Virus record (IMG/VR): IMGVR_UViG_3300035565_000044
Location: 36,523 to 100,522 of that record
Direction: 5' to 3' (one strand)
Source: a virus
DNA: 64,000 bases
Shown here: piece by piece, positions 60,742 to 64,000 of the stretch
How positions within the stretch are numbered: position 1 is the stretch's first letter
Layout of the letters: each line of letters starts with the position of its first letter
Translations under genes and position numbers: made by a program
Notes under the pieces: generated by a model
The model's input: only the letters and a program-made list of their open reading frames with translations
What the model was told of the DNA's origin: nothing
Database searches by the model: none

Positions 60742-61248
60742 ATGGCTTACGAGAAAAAGAACCCAATACCAACACCACCAGTAAATCAGGCAAGAGTAGA
60801 AAATACGCAGAAGGCTCGTAGACGGCGTGAAGAGTCGTTTGACGGTCTTGATTACAGACTTCACGTCCCTGAGGAATTAAAAGACCCTAGGTACGTGTAT
60901 CGCTGGATAAACGATGAGCCGGGTAGGATTTTCCAGCTTACAGAACAAGATGACTACGACTTTGTATATGATGAGCGTATCCGTTCAGAGGGAAAGGACG
61001 CCCATAAGAATACAGATGGTGGAACTAGAATCTCTCGTATTGTTGGACGCAGCAAAACTGGAGAACCATTAAGAGCGTATCTTTGCCGTAAGCTGAAAGA
61101 TTACTACGAAGAAGACCAGCGCAAGCGCCATGATCATTGGCAAAAAGTTACTGCGCAAGTTGAAATGGGCCGTGTCCCTGGGGCTGGCGGCTTATTCAAC
61201 AGTGACCCGGAACACGCCTACATTCCACGCGATGCGCGTAGGCGTTAA
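60742..61248 (+). CDS. Conserved head-module protein
   Basis: YVYRWINDEPGRI motif; between scaffold and capsid genes. Confidence 0.65.
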   Translation: MAYEKKNPIPTPPVNQARVENTQKARRRREESFDGLDYRLHVPEELKDPRYVYRWINDEPGRIFQLTEQDDYDFVYDERIRSEGKDAHKNTDGGTRISRIVGRSKTGEPLRAYLCRKLKDYYEEDQRKRHDHWQKVTAQVEMGRVPGAGGLFNSDPEHAYIPRDARRR

Positions 61249-61267
61249 AAAATATAGGATTTAACAA

Positions 61268-61912
61268 ATGGCTAACGTTAATGGACCGTTCGGCTTGCGG
61301 CCACTGCGGTACAGGAGCGGCTTGCCCTACAACGATGCGGCGACTCTCTACTATGTCCCATCGTCTAACGCAAGCAATCTCTTCATTGGAGACCCTGTTG
61401 TCAAGATTACTGGTGGTAATGCCGCTGCATATTACGGCAATCCTGTTGGTTCTCTTGCTCAAGTACAGATCGCTACCGCAGGCGTCGGTAATGCCATCAC
61501 AGGCGTTATCGTAGGGTTTTTCCCAGAGCAGGCTACTTCTCCAGTCTATCTACCTACTGGTACAGCGCGCGGCGTCTACATCGCTGATGACCCGAACCTT
61601 GTGTTCGCCATCCAGGACGACGGTGTTGTCGCTACAGACTATACCTGGACCTCAGCTAACGCGAACCTGCTTCTTACCACTGCGGGCAGCACGATCACCG
61701 GCCTTTCCGGCGCTCAGCTCTCGACAGCGACGAAGTATGTTGCGGCCACTGGCTCTTCTGCCACTGCGCAGCTCAAGATTCACCGTCTCCGTCCGGTTGT
61801 CAACAATAACACTGGTGCTAACGCAGTGTGGGAAGTCACCATTAACCAGCACACCGAAGGTTACGGCGCTGGGACTGGCACGACTATCACAACTGGCGCG
61901 CCAGGGTTCTAA
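61268..61912 (+). CDS. Head decoration / capsid cement protein
   Basis: MANVNGPFGLRP start; Ala/Thr/Gly-rich; immediately upstream of MCP. Confidence 0.65.
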   Translation: MANVNGPFGLRPLRYRSGLPYNDAATLYYVPSSNASNLFIGDPVVKITGGNAAAYYGNPVGSLAQVQIATAGVGNAITGVIVGFFPEQATSPVYLPTGTARGVYIADDPNLVFAIQDDGVVATDYTWTSANANLLLTTAGSTITGLSGAQLSTATKYVAATGSSATAQLKIHRLRPVVNNNTGANAVWEVTINQHTEGYGAGTGTTITTGAPGF

Positions 61913-61932
61913 GTAATCGGAGGGTATAGACC

Positions 61933-62841
61933 ATGGCTATTATTAACACTGGCGCACATCCAAAATCACTTTGGCCGGGTGTCCATAGGTTCTTCGGACA
62001 AATCTACGACGAGTATCCGAAGGAATATACTGAAATCTTCACAATTGAGAAGTCCCATCAGGCGTATGAGGAAGACGTAGCCAGCTCTGGCTTCGCGTTT
62101 GCTCAGAAGAAGCCTGAAGGTGGTTCTTTCACCTACGATTCCCACAATCAGGAATACGTCGTGCGCTATACGCATGACACCTGGGGCCTGGGTTACATCG
62201 TTACCATGGAAGAACTTCAGGATAACCTGTACCAGTCCCGTTCGTTTAAGCGCGCCCGTATGCTGGCGTTCTCTATGAACCAGACTAAGGAGTTTAACGG
62301 CTCCAATATCCTGAATAACGGCTTCTCTGCTAACTACCCTGGTGGCGACGGTCAGCCTCTCTTCTCGACAACTCACCCATCCGCCTCTGGCTCGCAGGCT
62401 AACCAGCTTTCGACCACAGCGGACCTCAGTGAAGCTGCTCTTGAAGATACCTGCATTGCAATCAGCCAGATCAAGACTTCTCGTGGTCTTATCTTCCACG
62501 CTTTGCCAGAACTGTTGATCGTTCATCCGAACGACATGTTCAATGCTGAGCGTATTCTGCACTCCCCACTCCAGAACGATACCGCTAACAACGCTATCAA
62601 TGCTCTGAAGTCCAAGGGAACTCTGCGGAAGGGCTATATCGTCAATCACTTCCTGACATCGCCCACGGCGTGGTTTGTGAAGACGAATGTCCCGGATGGT
62701 CTTACCATGTACGAACGTCATGAGATGACTTTCGAGCAGGATAACGACTTTACCACAAGCAACGCTCTGGCGAAAGCTTGGGAACGGTACAAGTTCGGCT
62801 TCAGTGACTGGCGCGGCGCTTGGGGCAACCCCGGCTTTTGA
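61933..62841 (+). CDS. Major capsid protein
   Basis: LWPGV..FFG..Y, SMNQTKE, GGDGQPLFS, NHFLT..AWF and ERYKFGFSDWRG motifs. Confidence 0.9.
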   Translation: MAIINTGAHPKSLWPGVHRFFGQIYDEYPKEYTEIFTIEKSHQAYEEDVASSGFAFAQKKPEGGSFTYDSHNQEYVVRYTHDTWGLGYIVTMEELQDNLYQSRSFKRARMLAFSMNQTKEFNGSNILNNGFSANYPGGDGQPLFSTTHPSASGSQANQLSTTADLSEAALEDTCIAISQIKTSRGLIFHALPELLIVHPNDMFNAERILHSPLQNDTANNAINALKSKGTLRKGYIVNHFLTSPTAWFVKTNVPDGLTMYERHEMTFEQDNDFTTSNALAKAWERYKFGFSDWRGAWGNPGF

Positions 62842-62956
62842 TTTTTGATAGTAATATCAATATCTTAGCTGGATATTTTAAGTCACTCCCTTATCTCGCC
62901 CAGAGACTTGGGACCGATAAAGGAACCCCCGAAAGGGGTGAATAAGGAGCATAAAT

Positions 62957-64000
62957 ATGGTTAATACACAGCCAGGATTTACGCAATTCCCTGGTGGATT
63001 CGCCAATGGCGTCTCCATCCGGGGCGTTCCTGTAGTCAATACTAATCCCGCACGCGTGTTCTGGGTTTCTAGCCTCATCGGCTCCGATGTTTATCGTGGA
63101 ACACAGCAGCGCCCATTCCGCACACTCGCCAAGGCCATCACAGCCACTACTTCTGCAAAGAACGACGTGATCTATGTGATGCCCGGTCATACCGAGACTG
63201 TGAGCACTGCGGCTGGCATTTTGATGAACACCACCAACGTCAAGGTTATCGGCCTTGGCGACGGCGATGATCGTCCTCAGTTCACATTCTCCACCATCAC
63301 CACAGCGTCTCTGCGCATCACTGCGGCGGGTTGCAGCATTTCCAATATCATTGGCATTGCTGGCATTAACGCCTTGACCGGACCAATCGATATCCGCGCT
63401 GCTGGCGCTTATGTTGACGTGGAATGGCGCGACGCCTCTGCGGCGGTTGCGGCTGTGTCTCCAGTCGTGACAACGGCGGCTGCGAACTATCTCCACCTTA
63501 ACCTGATTGTCAAGGGCTTCGCCGCTGGCGGAAGCAACACGGCTGGCGTAACGCTGGTTGGTGGAACTGGCGCGCGCATCAATCTTGACTATTATGGTTA
63601 TACAGGCGCAGCGGCTACCTCTGCGGTTATCGTCACATCAGGAACCACTGTTACCGATCTCGTGGTCTTTGGCGATGTGAATAATAACGGCGGCGCATTG
63701 TTCTATGATGGCGCTGGCAGCTCCACATGGGCTGTGCGCGTCATGGACGGCTATGCGGACGCTATGGTCACTGGTGGTGATCGTAACGCTCCATCTGCTA
63801 GCGGCGGCGCTGACTGGCGTTATTTCACTGTTACAGCAGACTTCACCTCTGCCACTTGGAATACGCAGGCTGCACATCGTATCGCTACAGTTAGCGGCCT
63901 TGTGGAAGTTCGTATTATCCCAGTGACAACTGCTACTGTTACTGCTGTTGGCGCTGCGACATTTGTTCTTGGTGATTCTGTAACGTCTAATAGTATTATA
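62957..64000 (+). CDS. Virion structural protein with probable beta-helix, truncated by window end
   Basis: Manual translation open to 64000 (MVNTQPGFTQFPGGFANG...GTQQRPFRTLAKAI...DVIYVMPGH); AAGGAG RBS; absent from ORF track. Confidence 0.75.
   Translation, partial: MVNTQPGFTQFPGGFANGVSIRGVPVVNTNPARVFWVSSLIGSDVYRGTQQRPFRTLAKAITATTSAKNDVIYVMPGHTETVSTAAGILMNTTNVKVIGLGDGDDRPQFTFSTITTASLRITAAGCSISNIIGIAGINALTGPIDIRAAGAYVDVEWRDASAAVAAVSPVVTTAAANYLHLNLIVKGFAAGGSNTAGVTLVGGTGARINLDYYGYTGAAATSAVIVTSGTTVTDLVVFGDVNNNGGALFYDGAGSSTWAVRVMDGYADAMVTGGDRNAPSASGGADWRYFTVTADFTSATWNTQAAHRIATVSGLVEVRIIPVTTATVTAVGAATFVLGDSVTSNSII

Larger units (their letters stand above)
1..64000. mobile_element. Segment of a large tailed dsDNA bacteriophage genome (P22-like terminase/portal head module), probably infecting Alphaproteobacteria
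   Basis: Terminase, portal, scaffold and major capsid genes, phage replication module, tRNA clusters, dense small ORFs, no host housekeeping operons. Confidence 0.95.

Overview
The whole window is one continuous segment of a large tailed dsDNA phage genome, with no host chromosomal genes. The host is probably an alphaproteobacterium (DUF932 protein of the Rhizobiales/Sphingomonadales type, parS consensus). Order: leftward VWA and AAA+ genes with a small tRNA cluster (0.1-5.3 kb); a replication module (DnaB, initiator, TOPRIM primase, SSB-like, MTase-like, Q-like; 5.9-11.6 kb); three tandem Y RNA-like genes plus a Ro60/TROVE gene (12.0-14.0 kb); a stand-alone RAMP (Cas7-like) gene with a partner ORF (15.6-16.8 kb); a long leftward block of small early-type genes (17-32 kb); a non-coding divergence region (32-33.7 kb); a rightward block of small genes (33.7-48.4 kb); a tRNA/ncRNA operon with a Tad2-like gene (48.4-50 kb); and a head module (TerS, split TerL, portal, GroES-like, scaffold, major capsid; 52.9-64 kb). 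The strongest candidate new system is the RAMP gene plus six dispersed arrays of 11-13 pentamers (constant C-[G/A/T]-Y triplet plus a variable dinucleotide). All six lie on the sense strand and end in CGY-AA-CGW-NT, and two share an operator with the RAMP promoter, suggesting a CRISPR-unrelated, RNA-guided RAMP system. Also notable: Y RNAs with interchangeable tRNA-like cargo, eight unique long-range inverted-repeat pairs that loop out early genes with RNase III-like geometry, about 15 parS sites, and several non-canonical tRNA-like RNAs. All family calls come from recalled motifs, not database searches.
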